A stretch of 64,000 nucleotides of DNA from Trichodelitschia bisporula (Eukaryota), in the NCBI GenBank assembly GCA_010356995.1, contig ML996697.1:729793-793792 (forward strand), read 5' to 3'. The translations under genes were made by a program, and so were the position numbers. Positions within the stretch are counted from its first letter, which is position 1. Every line of letters starts with the position of its first letter. Shown here one piece after another: positions 1 through 12,062 of this stretch. The notes beneath the pieces were generated by a model that was not told the DNA's origin, searched no databases, and worked only from the letters and a program-made list of their open reading frames with translations.

Positions 1-671
1 CACCCGCGCCACCAACTTCACCCGTGCCACCAACCCACTCGCCACCTGCGTCACTGCCTCAGCTCGTCTTCCCTTCCCTCACCACGGTACAACTCCATAC
101 TTAGCCCCCTAGCCACCCCATTCGGAGAATCGGAGTGCGAGGTAGTGTTGCCTGAGTCACGTCGAGGCAGAGCTGACACTGCGAAGACGGAATAGGGGTC
201 CTAACGGGCGCCCCCGCTTAATTGAGATATGACCCTTCCGATACTCATGATACTTCACTTGCAGGTCCAACCGGGCCGGTTCTAGAGAGGGGAGCCGGCG
301 ACAGGGCCGAAGACGGGGCGATTTAAGGGAGGCGTTGTGGTTCAATGCGGAGGGCAGGACGAGCACATGTTACTGCCCATCTAAAATCACTTAGCGCATC
401 AGTAACTTCCAATTGAAGGAAATCTGGCGCTGGATTTAGCGGCAAGACGGAGGAAATATTGGCTAGCAAGAATGACAATGCATAGGCTAGTCTAGATTGA
501 GCACTTTCCTCATTGAGCTAAGGATACGGACACAGGTCAGAGATAAGACGTTTTCGAATTCAAATCTAGCCGGCCAAGCATAGCACAGTATTTTTGCGAG
601 GATAATATGATGAGGTAACCCGTATTAAAGTGCTGCCGAGGGCGGTGTCCTAATCCGGACTTCCTAATGCG

Positions 672-789
672 GAACGCGGCCATAGATCAAAGAATACACC
701 AGTCCCCGTCTGCTCACTGAAGTTAAGCTCCGAACCGGTTGACTAGTAGTTGCGTGGGTGACCAGCAGCGAATCCCAACTGCTGTATGT
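672..789 (+). pseudogene. 5S rRNA variant or pseudogene with a diverged 5' end
   Basis: Aligns without gaps over 118 nt to the intact copy at 6234-6351, with 15 substitutions by manual count (11 in the first 24 nt). Helix I and II pairing is broken. It is followed by a T-run terminator. Confidence 0.85.
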
Positions 790-1079
790 TTTTGACTTTT
801 TGCCGGTGGGAAAGAGATGGGGCTGGGTCGAGAGGATGTGATGAGGAGTGGGTTCGCTGCCAGACGTCATGCGAGTTCTGGGCCTATTATCGGGTGGGAG
901 TGGTACGGTGAAGAGCACGACGATCGAATAAGGGGCATCGTCACCGTTTGCTTGCTAGACTAGAGTACAGTATCCTTGACGTCAGTCCATTCTTCATCTA
1001 TTTCCGTTGCCATAACGCCATTCGCCTCAGCCTAGCCCAATCATATGCCCCAGCCTTGCCCAGACCTAGTAGCTCAGAT

Positions 1080-3140
1080 CTAGTACTTGGAGCAATGGAA
1101 ACACAAGCAGGGATACTTAACATACTGCCCATCATCACGACACTCAGGCAACATAGGCTCCCCGCTCCCCTCCGCAACCTGCACGGGACCCACATAGATC
1201 CGCCGCTCAACACACTCCTTCAGCACATCGCTCACCGCCTCCGTCTGCAGACTTCGCGCCCAGTGCTGCTCCCAGTCCTTGTACGGCCCCGACGTCTCCG
1301 CATCTAGCACCACCGCACCCAGAACTTCCTCGGGACTCGTCGCACCGGCCTGGTGCGTGATCTCGGGGACCGCGTGTTGGGCTATGTTTTCTTTGACTGC
1401 GGCTTCGGTGCGCGCGAGCGTGTCGTAGGTTTGGCGGGCGCGAACTTTGCCAGCGAGATAGGCTTGGCGGGCGGCGGAGAGGTGGTGCAGCCGGTAGCGT
1501 TTTTCTTCTTGCTTGAGTGACTCGTTTTTCTTGTCTTCTTTGCAGAGCGCCCGTGCGCCCGCGAGCAGCATGTGCACGTCGCCGAGCTGGATGTGCATCT
1601 CCGGCGTTGCGGACCCGGGCGCGATGCCAATGGCTTCGGAAGTGGAGAGGTGGGCTGCTTCGAGCGCGGCACAGCGCCGGTTGGCGAGGGTTTGCCAGTT
1701 GCGCTTCACGCGCGGATAGTCCCAGTTTGCGCGCGGGGCGCCGGGGGTGCACACGGGTTCGATGGGAGGGACGGTGCCGCGCCGCGTGCCAGCGGCGAAG
1801 GCGAGGTAGGCGGCGGCGCGGGCGGTGTGTGCGTCGCGGATGTGGCGCGGGATGCTGGTGCCGGCGAGGGCGAGCAGGGGGTCGAACCAGGAGGCTAGGT
1901 TGGCGAGGTACGCGTCTGTTTCTAGCATTTTGTATTTCCACGTCATGAGGGCGATGAGCGATTTGAAGGCTTTGTGCACGATGCCCCATTCGATGGTGTA
2001 GTAGGTGCGGGGGGAGACCACGTTCATGATGTCGGTTTCCATGGCGCCGGATGTGAGGCTGAGGAAAGGGGTGCGTGGGGGGGGTGGGGGGGTGGTGTCA
2101 TCGAGCATGGCGAGGTAGCGGTGGATTTCGGGCTCGAGGGATTCGTATTTGTATTGCTGGGCCCAGACGCCGCCGTGCGAGGTTTCGAGGTGTTCGATTA
2201 GGATTGTGACGATGCCGTTCATGGCGTAGCACAGCGCGATGATTGTGTCGACGATGTTTTCGGCTGTCGGCGTCTCCATGATGACTGCGGTCCGGGATCC
2301 CCCTCCGGAGCTTTCCCCCATGCCAGACATTTCGTGATCGGTGTAGGTTGGCCCCGGGGCGGAGCCACCGATTCCGGCATTCAAGTTGGCCACGGCCTCG
2401 AACTCGCGGATCTGCAGCAGGCGGCAGTGTTCGAAGTGGACGCAGGCTTCGGCGAGCCATTCTTTCACGACGAACGCCTGGGCGTCGCCAAGGGCGTCCT
2501 GTTCATCTACGAGACCGACGATGGCCTGGCCGAGGTTGAAGCGCACGTCTGCGTCGTCGGGCGAGAGGTCCTTGGCTTCGCGGAGGATGGTCACTGCATC
2601 CCCTAGGATGGCGCACTTCGTGTCGGGTACGCCGCCGTAGGCGATTAGCTCGTGGCTCTCGGCGAGGTGCAGGAGGAGCGCGGCTCTGGGAAAGGGGTTA
2701 GGGGAGAGGGGTGGAAAAGAGGGACGGGCAGACCTGTTGTATTTACAGATGACGCTGGTGGGAAAGCGCTTCATGGCTTCTTCGAGGACGCGGAGGGAGG
2801 CCTCGTAGTTGCGGATCGCCTTCGACATATCACTAAATGCGACGTTAGACAGTTCCTCGCGGATGTGATATATAACACGCACCCGACATGCCACTTGCGC
2901 GCCGTCTTCTCCAGCTTATCCGCGCATTCGAGAAAATCGTCCTCCGTCTTGAGCTTGGCCTGCCGGGTCAGATTCTTCAATATTTCAAGGCTCTCATGAA
3001 TTACGCACCACGAGATTCGCAGCCGGCCGCGCCACCGTAGGGAAGTACGCGTGGATCAATATCCCTGGGTTCGCCGGCGGGGGAGAACGAAGCGGAGATG
3101 CCATCGCGTCACCGAGCTGACGGAGATTGAAAGGGTCCAT
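1080..3140 (-). CDS. UPF0656-like / TPR-like helical hypothetical protein (4 exons)
   Basis: Removing introns 2960-3008, 2833-2882 and 2686-2733 (GT..AG with CTRAC branch sites) joins MDPFNL.. to TEDDFLECADKLEKTARKWHVGDMSKAIRNY..KYNRAALL..DADVRFNLGQA, which resembles the fungal UPF0656 N-terminal pattern. Confidence 0.65.
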
Positions 3141-3900
3141 GGTGATCGAAGGTTGTCGATGTAATCGAAGGCGTCGATGATTTCGAGGCCTGGAGTTTAC
3201 ATGTGACGGGTGAATGTGGTGGAAAAGTTCGCGCCACACGCAAGGCCAGTGAATGGCTTGACGGCGAGGACCGTGCGCAAGCGGACGCTAACGGAATATA
3301 GCATAAGGCTTATCGATAACGGGCGTCTTACCCTACATACGGCAAGCGCGCAACGGCGCGTCCCGGTTCCCTGCTATCCACATGGCGACATCAACACGTT
3401 AACCGCACCTCATGTCCCCCTTCAACCACGCTGCCTTGAGATGACGATGCAGCAAAGGTGCCCACACTTGGAGCGGTGTCGCTCCCTTTATCCCCCGCCG
3501 TCAAGACAAGCCCCCAAGCGACAGCCATTGGCAAAGGCTTACCAAAGCTTAGCCCCACGCACTGCGCGTTTCGCCCCCATCACCCAGCCCTTAGCTAGCA
3601 GTCTCGCGCCCGCAGACACCATCTGAAACGCGTCTCGAAACCGCTTTCCGCGTCTACAACCCGCCCCTCCACCAATGTCTCCCATTGCCCTCATTCCACT
3701 CCACCCCCCCGTTTCAGCCGCCAAGTATCGTAACCTCCCGCTCTCCCCTCCCCGCATCTCGGGAACCTCACTCCCGACACGCATGCCCGTTTCCGCCCTC
3801 CCCCCTATCTGCCAGAGGCTATATGTCCCCATCATGCCCAGCAAATGCGCAAGAATGAGCACATTACGGCCGCACACCGCTGGCCCCTCCACTCGTCAAT

Positions 3901-5617
3901 ATGAAATCGCCCTTCCTACACTCCGCCCAGCGGCCGCTCCTCGGCCTCCCCTCGCCCTTCTCCCCGCGGGCCTCTTTCTCCTCACTCCTCAACAGCCCAT
4001 GTCCCGAAAAACTTACTCTGCACACGCCGCTCCTCTCGCCGCACCCCTTCGGCCCCCTCACGCCCAAGACCCCACGAACCCCGAGCGCTGAATACAACAC
4101 CTTCCCCGCGCCCTCCTCCACCCGCCACATAACCTGGTGGTCCGCCTACTTCCTGATCATCAGCCGTGTAATCGGGAGCGGAATCTTCGCCGCACCAGGC
4201 GTAATCGCCGTATCCGCAGGAAGCATCGGACTCACCATCGTGCTATGGCTCATTGGCGCCCTCGTCGCGGCCTGCGGGCTCGCCGTGTCCCTCGAGCTGG
4301 GGTGTATGCTGCCGCGCTCGGGCGGCGAGAAGGTACCCCCACCCCCTTACCACCCTAATATCCCACCCCTAACCCACCCAGATCTACCTTGAATTCATGT
4401 ACCCCCACCCCCGCTTCCTAACCTCCACCATCGTCGCCGCGCAAGCCACCCTCCTGGGCTTCACCGCCAGCAACGCCCTAATCTTCGGCAAGTACCTGCT
4501 TTTCGCGCTGGACCTGCCGCCGACGGACGGGGCGACGCGCGCCTGCGCCGCGGGACTCATCCTTGCTGTCACTGCGATCCACACGCGTTTCCTGCGCGGT
4601 GGAATCGCGTTGCAGAATGCACTGGGGTGGATTAAAATCCTCGTCCTCGCCTTCATGGTCGCGGCCGGCTTCTCCGCCCTGCTCTTCCCCCCGCCAGTGA
4701 CGCACCACACCCCCCCTCCCCCAGCTCCGACAAGTATCTGGGCCGGCTCCTCCCTCTCCCTCTCCACCCTCGCCCCCGCCCTCCTCCAAGTATCCTACGC
4801 CTACTCCGGAACCACTACCCTAAACACCGTCCTCGACGAAGTCCAACACCCAATCCGCACCCTGCGCACTGCCGCCCCCGCCGCCCTAGCAACAATCTGC
4901 CTCTTCTACACCCTCCTGAACGCAGCCTACCTAACCCTAATCCCCATCTCCTCCCTGCGCTCCAACCCCTCCACCATCGCCGCGCTCTTCTTCGCCCGCC
5001 TCTTCAGCAACACGACCGCAACCCGTCTCCTCCCCCTCCTCGTCGCTCTCAGCGCCGCAGGCTCAGCAATGGTAACTGCCTTCGCGCAATCCCGCGTCAA
5101 CGCCGCCGTCGCCCGCGGCGGCTTCCTCCCCTACGCCAAAACCCTCGCCGCGCCCAGCCGATGGGGCACACCCGCCGGCGGCCTAGCCCTCCACGCCGCC
5201 GCCAGCCTAGCCGTGATCCTGCTCCCGCCACGCGGTGCCGCCTACGCGTTCATTCTCCAGGCGGCCGGGTACCCGGCGCAGGCGACGACGTTGGCGGTGT
5301 GTGTTGGGATGCTGGTGCTGAGGCGGAGGAGGCCGGAGTTGGTTCGGCCGTTTCGGTGTCCGCGCTTGGTGGCTGTGGTGCCGGTGGTGTTTGCGGGGGG
5401 CGTGCTGCTGAGCCCGTTTTTGCCGGCTGCCTGGGAAGGGGGGGCGTGGAGGGGGGCGTACGCGTTGCTTGGGTTGGGGGTGGTGGGCGGGGCGGTCGCG
5501 TACTGGGTGGTGTTTATGAGACTCGTGCCCTGGTGGGGCGGGTGGCGGTGGGTGGAAGAGGTGGAGGAGGGGGAGGGGGGAGTGGTGGTTTCGACGTTGG
5601 TGAAGGTGAAGAGGTAG
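3901..5617 (+). CDS. APC-superfamily amino-acid permease (MUP1/MUP3 methionine permease-like)
   Basis: Motifs IGSGIFAAPG and ELGCMLPRSGGEK(intron 4333-4381)IYLEFMYP, and many transmembrane segments. Confidence 0.9.
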
Positions 5618-6233
5618 CATTGTGCGTCTAGGCCGGGAGCCATTAGCATAGCGTTGACTTTCATGCATGTCAAAAGGAAATGTGATACTGTGATCATTAT
5701 GTGCGCCTCCTTACTGAGTGTTGCAAGCGTGTTAAGTGTGGGGATAGGACATATCCAGTCCGCCGTCTGATGCGGATGATGGGAGCATGGCTCATGCACG
5801 TCTAATGGCAACAAGTACGGAGTGAAATGATTGAGAAACACCACGAACAAGAGAGATATGAGGTCGGAGCGGCTCGAGACTAAGGTTAAATTATGGTGTT
5901 GTATTTACCAAGCTTGCCATGGGATACCCTTTCCTCGGTGAGCATTGCTCCTTCCCCGTGTCCACATTGGCCGATCGTGCCACTCCAAAAGCCGGGTAAT
6001 CAACGAACAGCGGGATGTCGAAGCTATCATCACTCAGTACGCAGAAGATTTTGCGATCAAGAGGACGAGATATGGCGAGCAAGCTTCAGGCCTTCCTTTC
6101 CCACCAAAGAAGTCCAAAACAATTGTCCCGAACCATAACTCTTTCAGCACCGCTCTCCCGCCCACAGTTTTCCCTCTCGGCCCAGCCCGGCTTCGGACCG
6201 GCACACGCCACGTCCTGGAGCAAAAGGTCAAAA

Positions 6234-6351
6234 ACATACAGCAGTTGGGATTCGCTGCTGGTCACCCACGCAACTACTAATCAACCGGTTCGCTGTTTAA
6301 CTTCAGTGAGCAGACGGGGACTGGTGTTCTCAGCGACCTGTGGCCGTATGT
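6234..6351 (-). rRNA. 5S rRNA (dispersed copy, intact)
   Basis: 118 nt, ACATACGGCC...TTAGTAGTTGCGTGGGTGACC...GCTGTATGT. The 5' and 3' ends pair (helix I) and GGTCGCTG/CAGCGAACC pair (helix II). A T-run terminator follows. Confidence 0.95.
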
Positions 6352-6568
6352 GCTTGCTAACATCTCAACGTCAATGAGGTACGGCCCAATGACCATGGTG
6401 GCTCTCATATCGAACCCACACTATTCCCACGACGCCGGCGGCAAAGACAGCAAACAGACACAACCTTCAAACCTCGCATACATACAGCACCATCTGGGTA
6501 TCGAAATGACATCAAGCATGAAAAAGACGCCCATCACATAACCACGCAAACAGCACAACCCCAACCCC

Positions 6569-8171
6569 CTACCTCCTCGCCCTCAAATCCGCCGCATCCC
6601 CAACCTGCGCCCCGCTCCCACTCCCAATCCCATTCCCACTCCCACTCCCACTCCCACTCTCCTCCGCCAACAACGTACTCCCAAGCCCCTTTCCCCCCTC
6701 CCCCGGACTAACCAGTTCCCCAGGCGTTCCACCAATACTCCCAACCTCCCCATGCTGCCACCGCGCAACATCCCTCTTCACCGCCTCCAACTCCTTCTGA
6801 AAGCGCGTCCCAAAAACATCAATATAATACGTCGCGCCATTCCAGACACTCCACGCGAAAACACTGACCAAGAACAAGCCACTCGCCCATCGGGACCAGA
6901 ACCACAGCGGGCAGGGTAGGATCGTAACCAGCGCGTAGCCGTACTGGATGAGCATGTACGCGGGCTCCTGCAGCGTATTCGGCAGGCTGAGAACGACTTT
7001 GCCGATCCAAGTCGGGGCGAAGGATTTACGCAGCCAAGTAAAGGACGTCGGGCGCCCGGCGCGGATTTTGTCAGCCCGCCGCACAGAGATGAAGACGTGG
7101 TACGCGAGCTGCCAGATGGCGTAGGGCCAGGAGGCCCAGAACATCATTTGGCGCAGGGTGTAGTGCTCGGGGGAGGAGGGGGGGGAGTGCCGGATTGTGT
7201 AGACGGCGGGGAAGCGGGTTGCTTGGGCGGTGTCGGACAGGAGGTGGACGATGCAGTGGAGGGTGACGCAGGGCATGATGTGGATGAAAAGACTGTGGGA
7301 TTAGATTTACTCTGAGAGAGGGGGGGGATACGTACCTGGTTACCTTGTCCAGCGAGTGGAAGACGAGCGAGTTGCGCCACATGGCGATCGCGATGGCGTT
7401 GTTCCCAAAGGCGAGACAGTACGTCGCGATAAACAGGCGCTTCGAGCCGGGAAACACCCAGATGCTGAGCATGGCGAGCAGGTTGACGAAGTAGCAGAGG
7501 TCGGCCAGGAAATAGTGGTACTGCTTCTTGCGGTAGGTGTAGAAGCGGATGGGCATGAAGTAGAACAGCTGCAGTGTATACCAGTAGTGGAACCACTCCG
7601 GGCGTGCACCGACCAGATACCCGCTCACAAACACGTTCATCACGCCCGCGATGAACGATATCTTCTCGCGCAGCGTCACGGACCGCGAATCGTCCCACTT
7701 GGCCGTCAAGCGATCAACCGACTGGCGCATCCGCTTCCGATACCGATCCAGCTGCTCATCCGCCGTCGGAATCCGCCTCCGCCACTCCTCAACAACCTTA
7801 TCCTTCGCCGTGCGCCCCCCGCTCCTCAGCCGCATCTGCTGGCGCCGAACCTTCTCCGTCTGCATCTGGAAACTCGAATGCAGGCGCTCCAGCCTCTGCG
7901 GCAGCGCCAGATTCTCCAGCAGATCGAACAGCGTGAGCCGATCGAGCGGCTGGTGCGCCTCAAAGAACTCGTCTTCGGAGAAGGAGCCGGTGCGCGACAG
8001 CCGCCCGGGCGTCACGGGGCTCGACTCGTCCCAGGTACTGCCGGCGCTGGCGACGGACTCGGCGCTCGTCATCTCGGGCTCGGGGTGGTGGCGCGCTTCG
8101 GACGGGAGGGTCGGCTGGGAAATAGACGTCAGCCGAGGGGAGGCGGCCGGGGGGTCGGGCGCGTCGGCCAT
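6569..8171 (-). CDS. GPC1: Glycerophosphocholine acyltransferase (DUF2838 family)
   Basis: Motifs TLREKISFI, YHYFLADLCYFVN, WRNSLVFHSLDKVT(intron ~7293-7336)SLFIH, GRPTSFTWL and WNGATYYIDVFG. An alternative in-frame start lies at 8273. Confidence 0.9.
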
Positions 8172-8938
8172 GTCGCGGGTGTCGGGTTCGAGGGCGGGGA
8201 AGAGGAGGGGAGGCGGGCTGGGGGCCCAGAAGATGTGTTTGGGCGAACGGTGTGGAGTGGTAGGAACTGCCATTGAGAAAATCAGCGCATGGCGGAGGGG
8301 AGGGTTTGTTGGGAAAATAAAAGAACAGAGAACGGAGATGGGCAGTGTTTCCGTGCTAAGGCTTCAATAAGCAGATGATGCTGGATCCTTACCTGGGAGG
8401 AGGGCAGTTATGAGATTGGATAGAGTGACAGGGAGGAGTCAGGATGCGGGTAGGGGTGCGCGGGGGTCAGTTGGAGGCTGCGAGTGTGCTTGTGACTCTA
8501 TTGCTGTTGGGAGAGGAATAGGTGGACGAGAGGAGGTGTTGTTAAGAGGTTGGTGAACGTGTGCAGTGCTCCCTCACTTACTGGTTCCTGGCCCGGCTGC
8601 TGCTTGATGTTGCAATTGACACCTGCCTGCCTGCCTGCCTGCCTCACCCGTCAGGCTAATGTCCCAGTCCCAACGCGTGAGGTCACTGCGTGGAGCCCGC
8701 TAGGCAGGATTCGGCCTCGCGTATCGTGTGAACAGCAGGGAACAACGTTCACCGGTTCCATTGGCCACCTGGCCTTTTTTGCGCCACAATTGATGGCGGT
8801 GTATCACACGTGATGGCATCAAGTGCCAAACTCCACGGAAGGACTCGAAGAGACAATGTTCAAGACTCCACACCGATTAACCGCTATGCTACTAGAAGAA
8901 AGACCCATATCTATACACCAAGTCACCAGATTGACAGC

Positions 8939-11803
8939 CTAGTACCGCCCACCCCGTCCCCTGTACCCATCTCCACGTCCAAACCCGCGCCGCGGTGGCG
9001 AAACCCGTCGCTCATAACTGTCCCTCCTTACGCGCTTCGATGGCGGGGAGGCAGAGCGCTCGATGCTCTTGCGCCGCTCGCCCCGGCGCGGCGGCGTGGG
9101 AGATCGGTCCTTGAAGCCGCCACGCTTGGGAGGGGTGATGGACCTGTCCCTCACGCTTCCTCTCTTGGGCGGCGGGGTGAACGACCCGTCCCTCACGCTT
9201 CCCCTCTTCGGCGGCGGGGTAACCGATCGATCTCTCACGCTGCCGCGTCTCGGTGGGGTAATCGACCTCCCCCTACCACCAGCTCTCTTCGGAGGCGGCG
9301 AACGGGACCTGTTCCTCAAACCCCCTCCCCTCGGTGGAGTAACATCCCTATTCCTCACACTCCCCCTCTGCAGAGGCGGCGTGACCGACCTCCCCCTCGC
9401 GCTCCCCTTCCCAGCCGGCGGGCTCCGACTCCGCGAATCCACAGAATCTGAGTACCTTCTCGCCCTCCGCGGCGGCGGGCTCCTGCTGCGCGACACTGAA
9501 CGCGACACCGAACGCGCCGCAGCGGCCCGACGCGGGGGGCTCCGGCTACGAGACACGGAACGAGCCGCAGCAGCCCGGCGCGGTGGGCTGCGGCTACGCG
9601 ACACGGACCGCGACAGAGAGCGTGAAGCACTCGAGTAGCTGCGCGCACGGCGCGCACGAGGCGGGGTATGACTACGCGTACGAGAGCGACCGCGGGCACG
9701 GCTGGGGCTGCGGGAGTAGCTCCGCGAGCGGGAGCGCGAACGAGACGGCGTGTAGCTCGCGCTGCGGGCGCGGCTGCGACGGCGCGAGTCCGCACGGCCG
9801 CGGGAGCGGGATCGGCTGACGGAACGCGAATCCGAGCGCGAGCTGTAGGACGAGTAGCTAGACGTGCTTGCACTGTCCGATTCGGCGTCGGCGATAGGGG
9901 CGGGCGCGGGCTTGGGCAGATTGGTGAGGTGCTCGCGCATGCCCTCTGTAAGCACGCCCATGCCAATTGCAGTGAAGAAGTTGATTGCGAAGCGGGTGTT
10001 GCGGGGGTCGTCTGTTGGGAAAATGCCATCGAGGGCTGGTTGAAGCTCGGGCGTCTTTAGGGTTTCTGCGAGCTTGCGCATGCCGATTGCTTGGGAGATT
10101 TCTTCGAAGAGGATTTTGATGAAGATGCGCGAGGAAGACGTGGTTTCGTCTTCGTTGAGGTGGATGATGGACAGAACGTGCCAGCCAATGGCTTGGGTGC
10201 TGAGTAAATGGCCGAAGAACTGCGCGATGATGCGCAGGCGGTTCGTCTCGTAGCGGTGGATCGTCTCGTAGTACTTGACGAAAGCTTCCTGGTAGAGCTC
10301 CGTCCACAGCCGGTTGAGCTTGCAGAAGCGCTCGCCCATGTTGCCGTAGAACTTGTCAAACGTGCGCTCCTGAGAGCAGCACTCGATGATCATTGAGGGC
10401 AACTCGTATTCCTGTCCGGCCGGCAGGTTGATGCGCATCAGCTTGTGGACTGCTTCCTCGAAGCCGCCGCTCGACTTGATGGTGAGGTAAATGGAGCGGC
10501 GCAGGTTGACGAGATCCGTGTTGGTCTGGTCCTTGATCTCCAGTTCGCGGTCCTTGACCTCCTCTTCATCCTCGGAGCTTTCATCTTCATCTTCGTCTCC
10601 CTCCTCGTCACTGCCCTCAGCTTCGCCCAGAATTTCGGCCTTGAGCTTCTGGTAGGCAGCTTCGTTTTGCTCGTACTCAGCGTCAAACTTGAAGACATTG
10701 AGTCCGTCCTGAACTTCCAACTCGCCATCAAGATCAACCTTGTGCGTAATCTGGTCCTCCTCTTCAACCAAGTCCAACTCTTCGCGAATGGCCGGGTACT
10801 CCTTCCACTTGTCGCGCCGAATCTGGAACAGCACCTCAATCATGTACTGCGTCCGCTTCTCCAAATCGGTCGCCTCGTGCAGGATGGAGCGGAACTGGTC
10901 AAAAACGGCGATGGCGATATCCGAGCTGAACTCCTCCATGTGCTGGCCGCATTCCTTGCACAGACTGACCGCAATCTCCACAGAGTCGTCCGTTGGCTGG
11001 TGCAGCAGCAGAAGCAGCATCTGCGCGATGAGCATCTCGTGGACAACCTGCTGGTTGCAGAGATGCGCCAGGAAAGTCGTGCTGCTGATGCAGACAGTCT
11101 TGTCGTTGCGCTTGAACGCCTTCCGAAACTGGATCACAAGCCGCTTGACCAGCAACTCGCCCACCTGCGGCAGCTTCGTATTGACAATCGCCACCGACGC
11201 CGCAAAAATCGGCGAAAACGGCAAACTCGCCGCCTGAGCCTTCATAATCGACCGACAAAACAGCCCACGTCCCCTAACCAAGTTCTCGCCAAATAGCTCG
11301 GGCACAATGAACTTGATATTCGCCACATTAACCTTATTAATCAGCCCATTAATAGATTTCTTCAGCGCCTCCCACGCCATCCGCTGAAACTCCTTGCTAT
11401 TCTTATCCGTAATCTGCGCCTGCAGCGCCCTGAGCCGCGCGGGGGGGATATACACCCCGCCACTGCGCTTGTTGAGCAAGTCGTCGTACTCCTTCTTCGC
11501 GACCGCCTGCTTGTCGGCTTCGGTCAGCGGCCCCGCCGGCGCCTCGGTCTGCCGCTGCCGCATCTCGAGCTGGCGCGCGCGCTCGATGGCGCGGGTGTGG
11601 TCGACATCGCGGGGGAGGGGGCCCGAGGGCACGTAACGGGGAACCTCGCGGGCGGGACTGCGGCTGTAGGAGCGGCGCGGTGGGAGCGGGCGACGGGGGG
11701 AGGGCGAGCGCGACGCGGGGGTGCGTTTGCGTTTGCCGGCTGAGGAGGGGGGGGGGTCGAAGGGTTCGGGGGTGGGAAGGCGGACGGCTGATGCGACCTC
11801 CAT
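8939..11803 (-). CDS. CWC22: Pre-mRNA splicing factor Cwc22 (MIF4G + MA3, RS-rich tail)
   Basis: Motifs GGVYIPPARLRALQ, QRMAWEALKKSINGLINKVN, ETTSSSRIFIKILF and NTRFAINFFTAIGMG. Single exon. Confidence 0.97.
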   Translation of the reverse strand: MEVASAVRLPTPEPFDPPPSSAGKRKRTPASRSPSPRRPLPPRRSYSRSPAREVPRYVPSGPLPRDVDHTRAIERARQLEMRQRQTEAPAGPLTEADKQAVAKKEYDDLLNKRSGGVYIPPARLRALQAQITDKNSKEFQRMAWEALKKSINGLINKVNVANIKFIVPELFGENLVRGRGLFCRSIMKAQAASLPFSPIFAASVAIVNTKLPQVGELLVKRLVIQFRKAFKRNDKTVCISSTTFLAHLCNQQVVHEMLIAQMLLLLLHQPTDDSVEIAVSLCKECGQHMEEFSSDIAIAVFDQFRSILHEATDLEKRTQYMIEVLFQIRRDKWKEYPAIREELDLVEEEDQITHKVDLDGELEVQDGLNVFKFDAEYEQNEAAYQKLKAEILGEAEGSDEEGDEDEDESSEDEEEVKDRELEIKDQTNTDLVNLRRSIYLTIKSSGGFEEAVHKLMRINLPAGQEYELPSMIIECCSQERTFDKFYGNMGERFCKLNRLWTELYQEAFVKYYETIHRYETNRLRIIAQFFGHLLSTQAIGWHVLSIIHLNEDETTSSSRIFIKILFEEISQAIGMRKLAETLKTPELQPALDGIFPTDDPRNTRFAINFFTAIGMGVLTEGMREHLTNLPKPAPAPIADAESDSASTSSYSSYSSRSDSRSVSRSRSRGRADSRRRSRARSASYTPSRSRSRSRSYSRSPSRARGRSRTRSHTPPRARRARSYSSASRSLSRSVSRSRSPPRRAAAARSVSRSRSPPRRAAAARSVSRSVSRSRSPPPRRARRYSDSVDSRSRSPPAGKGSARGRSVTPPLQRGSVRNRDVTPPRGGGLRNRSRSPPPKRAGGRGRSITPPRRGSVRDRSVTPPPKRGSVRDGSFTPPPKRGSVRDRSITPPKRGGFKDRSPTPPRRGERRKSIERSASPPSKRVRRDSYERRVSPPRRGFGRGDGYRGRGGRY

Positions 11804-12062
11804 TGTGGAAAAGGTGATGTGATGGAGATTCTGGCGATGAGGGAAAGGAGGGTACGAGCAAGTTGGTGATGGGGTGAGGCCGTGGCTGGAGCTCAGAATC
11901 TGGGCGGGGAATTGTTTGCCCGTGGCCGGAGATCCCTGGATGACGCGTGATTTCGTGTCGCGCTGCCTGAGGCGTCAGGGGTCAATTGACATCCTGTCCT
12001 CAACTCTGGGGCTGCATTGACGAACTTCAACACTATCTCGTTCATAGATAACTATAGTCAAG

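Noticed and set aside
672..900. 5S-derived SINE
   Set aside because: A T-run terminator follows immediately, and no body, tail or target-site duplication is visible.
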